Source of the DNA: an uncultured Gemmatimonadales bacterium
GTDB taxonomy: Bacteria; Gemmatimonadota; Gemmatimonadetes; Longimicrobiales; RSA9
Direction: 5' to 3'
DNA length: 64,000 bases
NCBI GenBank assembly: GCA_963798085.1
Contig: CAWCRS010000003.1
Location: 448,001 to 512,000, forward strand
Shown in pieces: positions 38,930 to 49,079 of this stretch. Both the position numbers and the translations under genes were made by a program. The first letter of the stretch is position 1, and each line of letters opens with the position of its first letter. A model generated the notes under the pieces. It did not search any database. It had not been told where the DNA came from and saw only the letters and a program-made list of their open reading frames with translations.

Positions 38930-39997
38930 CTGTCCGGCTTCGAGAACATCCTGGGCCACAGCCTGGCCGCCGATGCCATTCGCGCGTTCGGGCAGCGCGC
39001 CGCATTGGTTGATGCCACCGTCCTGCTCACCGGCGAGAGCGGTACGGGCAAGGGGCTTCTTGCGCGGGCCATTCACAGTGAGTCTGCCCGCGCGCGGGCG
39101 CCGTTCGTCACCGTGAATTGCGCCAGTGTGCCCGAATCGCTCTTCGAGACCGAGTTCTTCGGCCATATGCGCGGTGCCTTCACGGGAGCGCAGCAGTCGC
39201 ATCGGGGCCTGCTCGAGCAGGCCGATCGCGGCTCGCTCTTTCTGGACGAGGTCGGCGAGCTGACCGCCCAGCTGCAGGCCAAGCTGCTCACTGCCGTCGA
39301 GGATGGTGAGTTCCGGCGCGTGGGTGGGGAGCGCGTCGTGCGCGTGGACGTACGCCTGCTGGCTGCCACCGGTATCGACCTCGAGCGCGCTGTTCTCGAA
39401 GGCCGCTTCCGCCGCGACCTCTACCATCGCCTGATGGTACTTTCCTTTCGCATGCCCGCGCTGCGCGAGCGCCCCCAGGACATCGAGTTGTTTGCCCGGC
39501 ATTACCTCGAGCGCTACGCGCGGCGCTATGGCCGGCCGATCAGAGGCCTCGAGTCATCCACGCTCGCCCGGCTCCACGCCTGTCCCTGGCCTGGCAATGT
39601 CCGCCAGCTCGCGCATGCCATCGAATCCGCGGTCCTCTCCTGCGATGGCCCGCACATCCTCCCTCGCCACCTGCCCGATTCCGTTCTGGTGCCCGTCGGG
39701 CTCGTGCATGTGCGGGGATCCGTGAACGAAGCGACGACCGCTGACGTCGCGTCGGATTCGATGGACGGAGCCGCTGCCACCGCAGCACCCCGCCTCCGCT
39801 ACTCGCATTTCGGCCCCCGCTCCGACGAACGCCGCCGCATTGAGGATGCCCTTCGTCGCTGGCGAGGCAACAAGACGCGCGCCGCCCGCGACCTCGGCAT
39901 GGCCCGCAACACTCTCCGCGCCAAGCTCCGCTCCCTCCCCCTCGAGCCCGGTCCCGCTCATCCTGATCGTGCGCCTCCTCCCCCTCCAACCGACTGA
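38930..39997 (+). CDS. Sigma-54 enhancer-binding activator with no N-terminal input domain (PspF-like)
   Basis: GESGTGK, GAFTGA, FLDEVG, RFRRDLYHRL, WPGNVR, Fis HTH; in-frame stop at 38894; CTG at 38930 follows GGAGG. Confidence 0.85.
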   Translation: MSGFENILGHSLAADAIRAFGQRAALVDATVLLTGESGTGKGLLARAIHSESARARAPFVTVNCASVPESLFETEFFGHMRGAFTGAQQSHRGLLEQADRGSLFLDEVGELTAQLQAKLLTAVEDGEFRRVGGERVVRVDVRLLAATGIDLERAVLEGRFRRDLYHRLMVLSFRMPALRERPQDIELFARHYLERYARRYGRPIRGLESSTLARLHACPWPGNVRQLAHAIESAVLSCDGPHILPRHLPDSVLVPVGLVHVRGSVNEATTADVASDSMDGAAATAAPRLRYSHFGPRSDERRRIEDALRRWRGNKTRAARDLGMARNTLRAKLRSLPLEPGPAHPDRAPPPPPTD

Positions 39998-40262
39998 CCG
40001 GGAACACGACTCCACCACCCCTGAACCCAACCGCTCGCCCTTCCTCGACTCCCGCCACCCCCAACCGCGAACCCGGTGATCACCCGCACGGTTTCAACGA
40101 GCACCACCGAACACGAAACTCTTTCTGTGAATCCGTTACCGAGCCCGAGCCCCATCCCAAGCCCCAGCAACCGCAACAGCAAACCCTGTCCCCCCGCAGG
40201 GGTCGCGGCCTACCTTGCCGCCCGGTCGCAACGACAGCCTTGACCCAGCCTCCAGGAGCCCA

Positions 40263-42127
40263 ATGGACACTGCAGTCCTCGACGCCCTTCGCTCCCTCGC
40301 GGTGGACAGCGTCATGACGGCCAGTGAGCTGGAGTACCTCGGCGCATTATGTCGTGTGCTGGGCTATCTGCCGGGCGCCTACCTGTTCCATGAAAGCCAG
40401 CCTCGCCGCTTCTTCGGTGTGATCCTCAAGGGTCGCGTGGAACTGCAGAAGGGTTCTCGCGCGCGGCCGCGGGTGCTGCAGGTGCTCGGTCCCGGCGATT
40501 CCTTCGGCGAACTCAGCCTGTTCGATGACTACCCGCACAGCGCGACCGCCCGCGTGATCGAGCCGGCCGAAGTGCTGGAGCTCCCACGCGAAGCCATTGA
40601 AGGTCTGGCCCGCGAGCAGCCCGAGCTGTACACCCGCCTCGTGCGCGGCGCCGCACGCACCATCGCCGCGCGGCTGCGTGACCAGCAGCCCATCGGCGAA
40701 GCCTATGCGTCCGGTGAGATGCGGCGGGAGAAGGATCTGCTGGGCGAGCGCGATGTGCCCGCCATCCGCTACTACGGCGTGCAGACGCTGCGGGCGGTCG
40801 AGAACTTCCCCATCACCGGCATCGCCATCTCGCAGTATCCCAACCTCATTCGTGCCCTGGCCGCCATCAAGGAGGCAGCCGCCTGGTCTAACCACGAGTT
40901 GGGACTGCTCGAGGAGCGCATTGCCACGGCCATTGTGGCGGCGTCGCGCGAGCTGCGCGCCGGCAACCTGCACGGCGAATTCGTCGTCGACGTCATTCAG
41001 GGCGGTGCCGGCACGTCCACCAACATGAATGCCAATGAGGTCATCGCCAATCGCGCGCTCGAGCTGCTGGGTCTGCCCAGAGGGCGCTACGACGTGGTCC
41101 ACCCCAACGACCACGTGAACCTGTCGCAGTCCACTAACGACGTGTATCCGACCGCCATCAGCATCGCCTCCATCTGGCCAGTGGACGAGCTGGACCGGGC
41201 CATGGCCGCGCTGCGCGATGCGTTCCTCGACAAGGGCCGCGAGTTCGCGCACATCGTGAAGATGGGCCGCACCCAGCTGCAGGACGCGGTGCCGATGACG
41301 CTGGGCCAGGAGTTCCGCGCCTAGGCGGTGACCCTGGGCGAGGATATCGAGCGACTGCGGCGAAGTGGGCACGCTCGTTCGCGAGATCAACATGGGCGCC
41401 ACCGCCATCGGCACCGGCATCAACACCGATCCGCGCTACGCTGCGCTCGTGCGCGAGCAAGCTCGCGAGATCACCGGCATTCCGCTGGTCACCAGCCCGG
41501 ACCTGGTCGAGGCAACGCAGGATACGGGCGCCTTCGTGCTCGTCTCCGGCGTGCTCAAACGCGTGGCCGTGAAGCTCTCCAAGATCTGCAACGACCTCCG
41601 TCTGCTCTCCAGCGGTCCGCGCGCCGGCCTCGGTGAGATCGAGCTGCCGCCCATGCAGCCGGGCTCCAGCATCATGCCGGGCAAGGTCAATCCCGGTGAT
41701 TCCGGAAGTCGTCAATCAGGTCTGCTTCCAGGTCATTGGCAATGATCTCACCGTGACGCTCGCTGCGGAAGCCGGGCAGCTGCAGCTGAACGTCTTCGAG
41801 CCCGTCATTGCCTTCAATCTCTTCCAGTCGGTGGACATGCTCGTGCAGGCGTGTATCGTTCTGCGCGAGCGCTGCGTGGTCGGTATCACTGCGAATACGC
41901 GGCGCATTCGCGAGCTGCTCGAGCGCAGCATCGGCACGGTCACCGCGCTCGTGCCCTGGATCGGCTACGAGCGCGCTACCACTCTGGCGAGGGAAGCACA
42001 GGCGAGCGACCGCGGCGTGTACGAGCTGGTGCTGGAGAAAGGCTGGCTCAGTCGGGCCGAGCTCGATGATATTCTGTCGCCCGATGCCATGACGCGGCCG
42101 CGGCCCCTGCCGCCGCGTCCCGGCTGA
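40263..42127 (+). pseudogene. aspA: cNMP-binding domain-aspartate ammonia-lyase fusion with in-frame TAG (41322) and two frameshifts (~41359, ~41692); may be sequencing error
   Basis: cNMP: GDSFGELSL..HSATA; fumarase/aspartase: [36 protein letters not shown]. Confidence 0.85.
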
Positions 42128-42178
42128 CACACCGCCGCGCTTCCTGACAGCGATTTAGCGAGCGGGACGAGCCCGCGT

Positions 42179-43459
42179 TCAGCTTCTGGCTCGGCTGGGC
42201 AGACGCAGGCAGTAGCTGGGCGGGCTGCCCTGGGGGCCGCTCGTGGACAGCTCGCCACCCAGCGCCTGCGCCACTGCCATTGCCACTGCCGTCTCCAGGC
42301 TGCGGCCGTTGCCTGCCTGACCGCTTTCGGACATCGCCGCTCCACCCGCGTCCACGCCCATGCCACGGGCGCTCACCGTCCACTGCACCCAGCTCATGTC
42401 CTCATCGTACACGGGCGCGACGGACAGCCGTATTTCACCCCGGGCTGTGCGCCGGAACGCGTGCTGCAGCAGCGTAGCGAGAATGCGTGTGGCACGCGGT
42501 GCGTCGGTCGTCAGCGGCACGATCGTCTCATCAGCGTCGAACACGAACTGCACATTATCAGGCGCGGGACCGGCGGCTTCCACTGCCATGCGCGCAATGC
42601 GCACGCCATCCTCCGCCGCCTGGTGCGTGCGCATGCGGCCCAGCCGTGCTTCCGCCAGGTCCTTCAGGTCGTCGCTGATGTGCAGCGCTGCGTCCGTCAG
42701 CAGTGCCGGCCCGCGCGGATTCGATGCGCCGCCCGCCTCGAGCAGCGCCAGCAGCGCCCTGAGCGTAGTGCGCAGATCATGGGTCACGCTGGCCAGCAGC
42801 TGGTCCTGCGCGCGACTCTCCGCTGTGGCCTCGCGCAGCGCGCCGGCCAGGCTCTCGTTCTCGCGACGCAGCCGCTCTGCCTCCGCGCGCGCTTCTTCCA
42901 CCAGGCGGGCGCGCAGCGTCGTGGCTGCAAGCTGCTCGGAAATCAGCTTCAGCAGCCGGCGCTCCTCATCCGTGAACCGCCGTGCGCCCTTGAAGTAGAA
43001 GCTCAGCGCCCCGTTCACACCTCGAGCCGTTCCCAGAGGCAGCGAGATCAGCGACGCGAAACCCAGTTCGCGCGCCGGCTCCCACCAGTCGCGCAGCGCT
43101 TCGTCGGCGAACAGGTCCTCCACCTCCACCGCCTCGTTCGCCGACACCGCGCGACCCGTCGGCCCGGCACCCACCCGAATGCGCATCCGGCCCAGATAGC
43201 GTGCGGACGACTGCGGCCACCCGTGCGCACACACCGGTCGCAGAACCTCAGGGTCGTCCTCGTCGCGCAGGAATACGGCCGCGAAGTCCGCACGCACCAC
43301 CGGCGCGAGCCGGGCCAGAGCGAGCCGGTACACCTCGATCGGCTGGGTCGCCGCCAGAAAGGCCTGCGCAATCTCATGCGCCGCCTCCAGCTCGCGCTCA
43401 CGCGATCCCGTGCCCGCTCGCGCGGACGCTGTGACCGACGCCGTCGGATTCGTCGTCAT
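42179..43459 (-). CDS. GAF-domain histidine-kinase-like protein with degenerate ATPase domain
   Basis: GAF, coiled coil, H-box THDLRT; N/G1/G2 boxes eroded. Confidence 0.75.
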   Translation of the reverse strand: MTTNPTASVTASARAGTGSRERELEAAHEIAQAFLAATQPIEVYRLALARLAPVVRADFAAVFLRDEDDPEVLRPVCAHGWPQSSARYLGRMRIRVGAGPTGRAVSANEAVEVEDLFADEALRDWWEPARELGFASLISLPLGTARGVNGALSFYFKGARRFTDEERRLLKLISEQLAATTLRARLVEEARAEAERLRRENESLAGALREATAESRAQDQLLASVTHDLRTTLRALLALLEAGGASNPRGPALLTDAALHISDDLKDLAEARLGRMRTHQAAEDGVRIARMAVEAAGPAPDNVQFVFDADETIVPLTTDAPRATRILATLLQHAFRRTARGEIRLSVAPVYDEDMSWVQWTVSARGMGVDAGGAAMSESGQAGNGRSLETAVAMAVAQALGGELSTSGPQGSPPSYCLRLPSRARS

Positions 43460-43655
43460 GTGACGTGAGGTTCGTGGAGCGATCGGACGCTGGCGGTCTG
43501 TTCCTTGCATCCCGAGCGGCCCGAAAGTACGGCGTCAGGTCAGACGCGCAAGCACGGCACAGCCGAGCTCTCCCCAAGGGGTCCGGCTCCGCCGTGAACA
43601 GACCTGACTCTTTCGTGTTGCAGGAGATCCGATTTCGCTCAACGGAGTGAACGTC

Positions 43656-43943
43656 ATGAACAAGTCAGACCTGGTGACCGTGTTCGCGGACCGAGCCGGC
43701 ATGAACCGGGGCGATGCCGGGCGCATCATCGATCTGCTGTTCGATCCGGCGGATGGACTCATCGCCGAAGCGTTGAAGCAGGGAGGACGCATGCAGATTT
43801 CCGGCTTCGGCACCTTCGAAGTGCGCCGCCGGAAGGGGCGCTCGGGCCGGAACCCGCGCACCGGCGAGGAGCTGCACATACCGCCATCCATCACCGCCTC
43901 GTTCCGTGCTGGCAAGGCGCTGAAGGATACCGTCAGTGTGTAG
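43656..43943 (+). CDS. hup: HU family DNA-binding protein
   Basis: MNKSDL, GFGTFEVR.RK.R.GRNPRTG, F.AGKALK. Confidence 0.95.
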   Translation: MNKSDLVTVFADRAGMNRGDAGRIIDLLFDPADGLIAEALKQGGRMQISGFGTFEVRRRKGRSGRNPRTGEELHIPPSITASFRAGKALKDTVSV

Positions 43944-43949
43944 GCGATT

Positions 43950-45550
43950 TCACCTCGGCGCGCGCGGACCGCTGCGCGCGGTGCGGCCCGCCGGAGCCTG
44001 CGTTCGCCGATCGTAATCCACGCGCAGGCTGCGACCGCGCAGCGTCGTGCCATTGAGTGCGCCGATCACACGCTCCGCAACATCGCTCGCCACCTCCACC
44101 ACCGAGAACGTATCGCGGATATCGACCTTGCCGACCTGATCGCCTGACACGGACGCTTCGCCCGTGATCGCGCCTACCAGATCGCCCGGACGGATGTTGT
44201 CCTTGTGACCCGCGCTGATGAACAATCGCACGAAAGCGCTCGGCCGCTCCGGCCTCGAGTCTGCCGCCGGCTCCGCGTGCGCCGGCGCCAGCTGCTCGCG
44301 CAGCATCGCACTCAGCGCTGCCGCGACCTCCGCCGCCGGAAATTCATCGAACAACGGATCGAGCAGCGCCATCTGGGCATCGAGGTCGCGCTCCAGCACC
44401 GCTCGCCGTATCGATTCGCGATAGGTTGCCGTACTGCCGCGCTGCGCTCGCACGCCCACTGCTGCGAGCGCTACGCCGGACTCCGCGCAATGCCGCGCAG
44501 GTGCGCCAGCTCTTCGAGCGGCTCGACCAGCACCAGCCCGTTCGTCAGATCGAGTTCCTGGAGTGCGTCCGCATCGAAGGGAACGTCGTACGCGATCAGT
44601 GCGCGCTGCTTCGCATGGGCTGCAGACAGCACCACCGCGTCGCCCGGCTCGCCCGCCGCCGTGGCCATAATGAAACCGCGCGCCCGCATCTGGCCTGCCA
44701 GTTCCGTGGCGCGCCGGCTCGAGCGAGTTGTCACCAGCGGCGGCGTCGCGCGCGGACGGCGCAGCACCCGAGCCAGCGCCGCCGGCTTTTCGCTCTCGCC
44801 CACCACGAGATAGGAAACCGCGCCCGCTGGTGATGGCGCGACCACCTGCGACGGATCCGCCAGCCGCGCCGGAACCGTCATTGCACGGCGGGCATGCCCT
44901 TCAATGAAGTGCTCCAGCTCACGCGTCCATTCGGCCGCCACCACGACACGCTGCGCATCCGCGGGCAGCGCCACTGCCATCGCGTCGAACACGGCGGCCG
45001 GCTCGATGGCCTGCAGCACGGCCACGCCATCAAACACGACGGTTTGCAGCGTGTCGAGTTTGAGCGCCGATTCGCGGACGGCCCGCGCCGCCGCGCCCAG
45101 CGGCGCCACCAGCACATCGTCACCACCGCGCCCGCTCCACGCCACGGTCTGCGCGCGCACCGATATGCGCAGCGCACCCTGCAGCTGCTTCAGTCGCTGT
45201 GCAATCGCCGTGGCGCGGTCCTCTGTGCCCGTGATCACCAGCGCCCGCGGTCTCGTTACGCCTGCGTTAGAGGCATCGCCGGTCGCCGGCGGATGCGCAG
45301 GGAGGCCCGAGGATCCTGGCGTCGCCTGATCCGTCAGCGCCGGCGGCGAGGCTTGCGCCAGACGATCGAGCAGGGCCAGCACCCACGCCGTCGTGGCGCC
45401 CGAGCCACTCGCACCCACCAGCACCACGTTGGCGCCCCGGCGCAGCACCGGCACTGCCGCACGCTGTATGGCTGATGGCGCGTCGAACCCCGCGCTCGCC
45501 GCGGCGTCCACCACTTCAATGCGCAGACCCAGTTCGCCGAAGCCGCTCAC
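43950..45550 (-). CDS. Degenerate DEAD-box-helicase-like protein with DbpA RNA-binding domain; frameshift near 44483
   Basis: Q motif GF..PSAIQ kept; Walker A GSGAT; DEAD replaced by DGVA; C-terminal RLFISAGHKD.IRPGDLVGAI. Confidence 0.8.
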
Positions 45551-45867
45551 GTCAGGTCCCTCGCCAGTCCGCCGGGCACCACGTCACTGTGCCCCTTCCG
45601 CTCACCCGGCTGGTAGGGCAGCAGCGTCAGTACGTATTGCACCTCACCATCCAGCCGCGACGTGCGCACCTGATCCGTTTCTGCCCGCACCAGCGTCTCG
45701 AGACCGTGGCCGTGCACATGGAACGTGACCGTGCCGTCCCCACCCGAAAGCGTGACCGAATGGCTGTCGCCACCGATGCGCTGAGTGGGAATGCGCTCCG
45801 TCAGAATCTGCTGGGCCAGCCGCAGCACTTCCCGGCCCGCCGTCGCTGTCAGTCGTTCGTAAGTCAT
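45547..45867 (-). CDS. Hypothetical protein
   Basis: GTGA overlap with the helicase-like gene; plausible composition. Confidence 0.65.
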   Translation of the reverse strand: MTYERLTATAGREVLRLAQQILTERIPTQRIGGDSHSVTLSGGDGTVTFHVHGHGLETLVRAETDQVRTSRLDGEVQYVLTLLPYQPGERKGHSDVVPGGLARDLT

Positions 45868-46001
45868 GTCTCGCTGTCGTTTGCGCGTCACATACCCCGC
45901 CTGGCGCGGGTGCCGTGCCTAATCTAAGACCGGCCCGGACTTGCACAAAGCACGCGGACCGCACCAGATTCGCGGGCCGGAACCCCCACGCCGGCAAGGC
46001 G

Positions 46002-47201
46002 ATGCGCACGAGCGACAACATCCGCGATCTGGAACCCTCCGCTACACTCGCGGTGACTACCCTGTGCAAGACCATGCGCGAACAGGGTCGCGAGGTCATC
46101 GATCTCAGCGCCGGTGAGCCGGATTTCCGGACGCCCGACTTCGCCGCGCAGTCCGGCATCGCATCGATTGTGCAGGGCTTCACACACTACACACCCGTCG
46201 CCGGACTGCCCGCGCTGCGCCAGCTCGTGGCCGAAGACCTCGCGCGCCACAGCGGCAAGTCCACCAGTTGGGACGGCGTCGTCATCACGGCTGGAGCCAA
46301 GCACGCCCTCTTCAACGCCTGCTTCTGCCTCTTCGGCCCGGGCGATGAGGTGCTGCTGCCTTCTCCCTACTGGACCAGCTACCCCGAGCTGCTCAAGCTG
46401 GCGAGGGCCACGCCCGTCATTGTGCCGGCAACGCTCGAGACCGGCTTCAAGATCACCACTGCGGACCTCGATCGCTTTGCGTCGCCTCGCACGCGCGGCC
46501 TCATCATCAACTCGCCCAATAATCCCACCGGCGCAGTCTACACGCACGAGGAACTCAATGCGCTGGTGCGCTGGGCCGTCGAACGAAAGCTCTGGATTGT
46601 AAGCGACGAAATCTATTCCAGACTCTGCTTCGTAGCGCCGCGTGCTCCCAGTGCCCTCGATCTCAATGCCGCATTCCTCGATCAGATCGTGCTCATTGGC
46701 GGCGCATCGAAAGCCTTCGCGATGACCGGCTGGCGCCTGGGCTTCAGCTACTCGTCGCCCGCCCTCGCCGCGAAATTCACCGCGCTGCAGAGTCATACGA
46801 CGTCGAATGTCGCCAATGCGACGCAGTACGCCGGCATGGCCGTATTCCGGCCGGAGCCGCGCGTCGAGCACGCCGTGCGTGCCATGGTGGGCGTCTTCCG
46901 GCATCGCCGCGAACGCCTCATCTCGCTGTTCCGCCGCCATCTGCCCTACGCCGAATTCGTGCCTCCTGACGGCGCGTTCTATCTCTTCTTCCGCATCGAC
47001 GCCTTCTTCCGTGATGAGGCCCGCGATTCCATTGGCTTCTGCCGCTGGCTGCTCGACAAGACCGGCGTCGCACTCGTGCCCGGTGCGGCCTTCGGTGATG
47101 ACCGCTACGCGCGACTTTCGTTCGCGGCGCCTGAAGACGAAATCGTGGAAGGGATTCGTCGCATGGGTGAGCTGCTGGCGGTGCCCGCCTACGCGGGGTG
47201 A
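46002..47201 (+). CDS. Class I PLP aminotransferase (aspartate aminotransferase-like)
   Basis: GEPDF, NSPNNPTG, SDEIY, SKAFAMTGWRLG. Confidence 0.92.
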   Translation: MRTSDNIRDLEPSATLAVTTLCKTMREQGREVIDLSAGEPDFRTPDFAAQSGIASIVQGFTHYTPVAGLPALRQLVAEDLARHSGKSTSWDGVVITAGAKHALFNACFCLFGPGDEVLLPSPYWTSYPELLKLARATPVIVPATLETGFKITTADLDRFASPRTRGLIINSPNNPTGAVYTHEELNALVRWAVERKLWIVSDEIYSRLCFVAPRAPSALDLNAAFLDQIVLIGGASKAFAMTGWRLGFSYSSPALAAKFTALQSHTTSNVANATQYAGMAVFRPEPRVEHAVRAMVGVFRHRRERLISLFRRHLPYAEFVPPDGAFYLFFRIDAFFRDEARDSIGFCRWLLDKTGVALVPGAAFGDDRYARLSFAAPEDEIVEGIRRMGELLAVPAYAG

Positions 47202-47306
47202 ACCGCCACCCGACGGGGAACACCGCGGCACGCGGTACGGTTATCTCACCGTCGGATCCGCCCTGACATTGTTCCGCATCACTCACCCCTGAAGCGACGG
47301 GAGACC

Positions 47307-47858
47307 ATGGCATCGACGCCCACCCCCGATCTCGACCGGATTCGCTACCCCATCGGCCGCTTCGAGCCGGAAGGCGATCTGTCGCCCACGCTGCGCACGC
47401 GCGCCCTGGACTCCATTGCCCAGACGCCGGAGCGACTGCGCAAGGCCATCGACGGACTCGACGGCGCACAGTTCGACACGCCCTACCGCGACGGCGGCTG
47501 GACCGTGCGCCAGGTGATCCATCATGTGCCTGACAGTCACCTCAACGCGTACGTGCGCTTCAAGCTCGCATTGACCGAGGATGTGCCCACCATCAAGGCC
47601 TACAATGAGGCCGCCTGGGCCATGCTGGCCGATTCGCGCACCACGCCCCTGGAAACATCGCTGCAGCTGCTCGAAACGGTTCACGTCCGCTGGGACATCG
47701 TCATGCGCGCCATGAGCAATGCCGACTTCGGCCGCCGGCTGCAGCATCCCGAATGGGGCAGTCACGACCTCAACTTCATGGTGCGCCTCTACGAGTGGCA
47801 CGGCCGCCATCACACCGCGCACATCACGGCGCTGCGGCAGCGCATGGGCTGGCAATAA
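47307..47858 (+). CDS. YfiT/BstA-like DinB-family thiol transferase
   Basis: RYPIG, TPYRDGGWTVRQV.HH..DSH.N, WHGRHH.AHI. Confidence 0.9.
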   Translation: MASTPTPDLDRIRYPIGRFEPEGDLSPTLRTRALDSIAQTPERLRKAIDGLDGAQFDTPYRDGGWTVRQVIHHVPDSHLNAYVRFKLALTEDVPTIKAYNEAAWAMLADSRTTPLETSLQLLETVHVRWDIVMRAMSNADFGRRLQHPEWGSHDLNFMVRLYEWHGRHHTAHITALRQRMGWQ

Positions 47859-47978
47859 CAGACTGTTTGAAGACGCAGCGCTGATGTGCCCGGAGCCCCA
47901 TCGGGTTCGCTGCCGGCGGCCGCTGTCTGCGCGTAGCGTACCGCCCGCGTAAGCAATGCGATTCCTGGTGCCTTTCTG

Positions 47979-49040
47979 CTAACAGCGCTGTCCGGCGAGG
48001 AACCAGCAGCGCGTGTAGGCTGACGTCTTGAAGAACTCCAGCAGCCGCTGACCCACCTTCTGCTGGCCGCTCTGCGATGGGTGTGTCCCGTCGTTCTGGA
48101 AGTCGGTCGCGGCCCAGTACAGTCCGTCACCGGCCCGCGCGTGCATGCCGTCCGCCCAGAGATACGGGCCCCAGGCCAGCCACGGCGAAGTCGTCGGGTA
48201 GTCCAGATCACCGGCTCGCGCATCCACCACGAAGCCCTGCCGGTCCTGCGCGATCTGCGCCGCCACCACCCACTTCACCGCGAACCCGGTCTCGTACGCA
48301 TACGGCTCCGGATTCAGCGTGGAGGTGGCGTACCCGGCGAAAATGCGACTCGACAGGAACACCTGCCGCAGATTCGGATACCGCGTCCTGGCGGCACGTA
48401 CAATGTCGCCCAGCTGCGTGACCAGCGTGTATGCGTCCGCGCGTTCGCCGGGCAGCGACACCGTCGGTCCCGCGTTCGCTTCCTTGAGCCACACGGCCTG
48501 CACCTGCCTCTCGCTCAGACCCAGTGGCGCGAGCCGGGTGTCGCGCACCGTGTTGTAGTTCGCATCACCCGGATTGTCCCACGTTCCCGCGGTCTGGCCG
48601 CTGCGCGCACCATCCACCAGCACCAGCGTGCTGTGATTGACGGCCGGGTCCGCCGCGGCCTGGCCCGCGAATGTCTGGGCCCCGCAGGCGAGCGCCGGAC
48701 CGGTCGGATTGCAGAATTCCTGTGTCGTGTTGGACATGCCGATGGACAGCAGCACGTACTTCCCCGTCGCTGAGGGGTTGCCGTTGCCATCGAGCGGCTG
48801 GATCAGGCGAGCGGCCGCCATGCCGTTGGCCGCATGATCGGCAGGTATTTCGTTCGCTCCATCCGGATAGAGTCCGCCGGCAAAGCCGAGATATGTCTTC
48901 GTGCCCAGTGCCGAGAGCGGGACCTTCGCGGTGTCCGGTCCCATCACCGCTGGTCCCGTGACGCGCACCACACGGCACGCCACCAGCAGCACGCTCAGGC
49001 CTGCAACGCAGAATCGGGCACGCGCCCGTAGCACCATCAT
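47979..49040 (-). CDS. Secreted SGNH/GDSL-like hydrolase (probable lipoprotein)
   Basis: GGAGG RBS, LVAC lipobox-like, SIGMSN and DGTHPS motifs. Confidence 0.6.
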   Translation of the reverse strand: MMVLRARARFCVAGLSVLLVACRVVRVTGPAVMGPDTAKVPLSALGTKTYLGFAGGLYPDGANEIPADHAANGMAAARLIQPLDGNGNPSATGKYVLLSIGMSNTTQEFCNPTGPALACGAQTFAGQAAADPAVNHSTLVLVDGARSGQTAGTWDNPGDANYNTVRDTRLAPLGLSERQVQAVWLKEANAGPTVSLPGERADAYTLVTQLGDIVRAARTRYPNLRQVFLSSRIFAGYATSTLNPEPYAYETGFAVKWVVAAQIAQDRQGFVVDARAGDLDYPTTSPWLAWGPYLWADGMHARAGDGLYWAATDFQNDGTHPSQSGQQKVGQRLLEFFKTSAYTRCWFLAGQRC

Positions 49041-49079
49041 CTCAGCCTCCGAACCGCCGCACTGTGGCCCGCCTCCTCG

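Noticed and set aside
41322..41324. Pyrrolysine or TAG recoding in aspA
   Set aside because: Tyr (TAC) is expected one substitution away, frameshifts are adjacent, TAG ends other genes, and there are no pyl genes in the window
45931..45945. Sigma-54 promoter before the aminotransferase
   Set aside because: GG to GC spacing is 9 rather than the required 10
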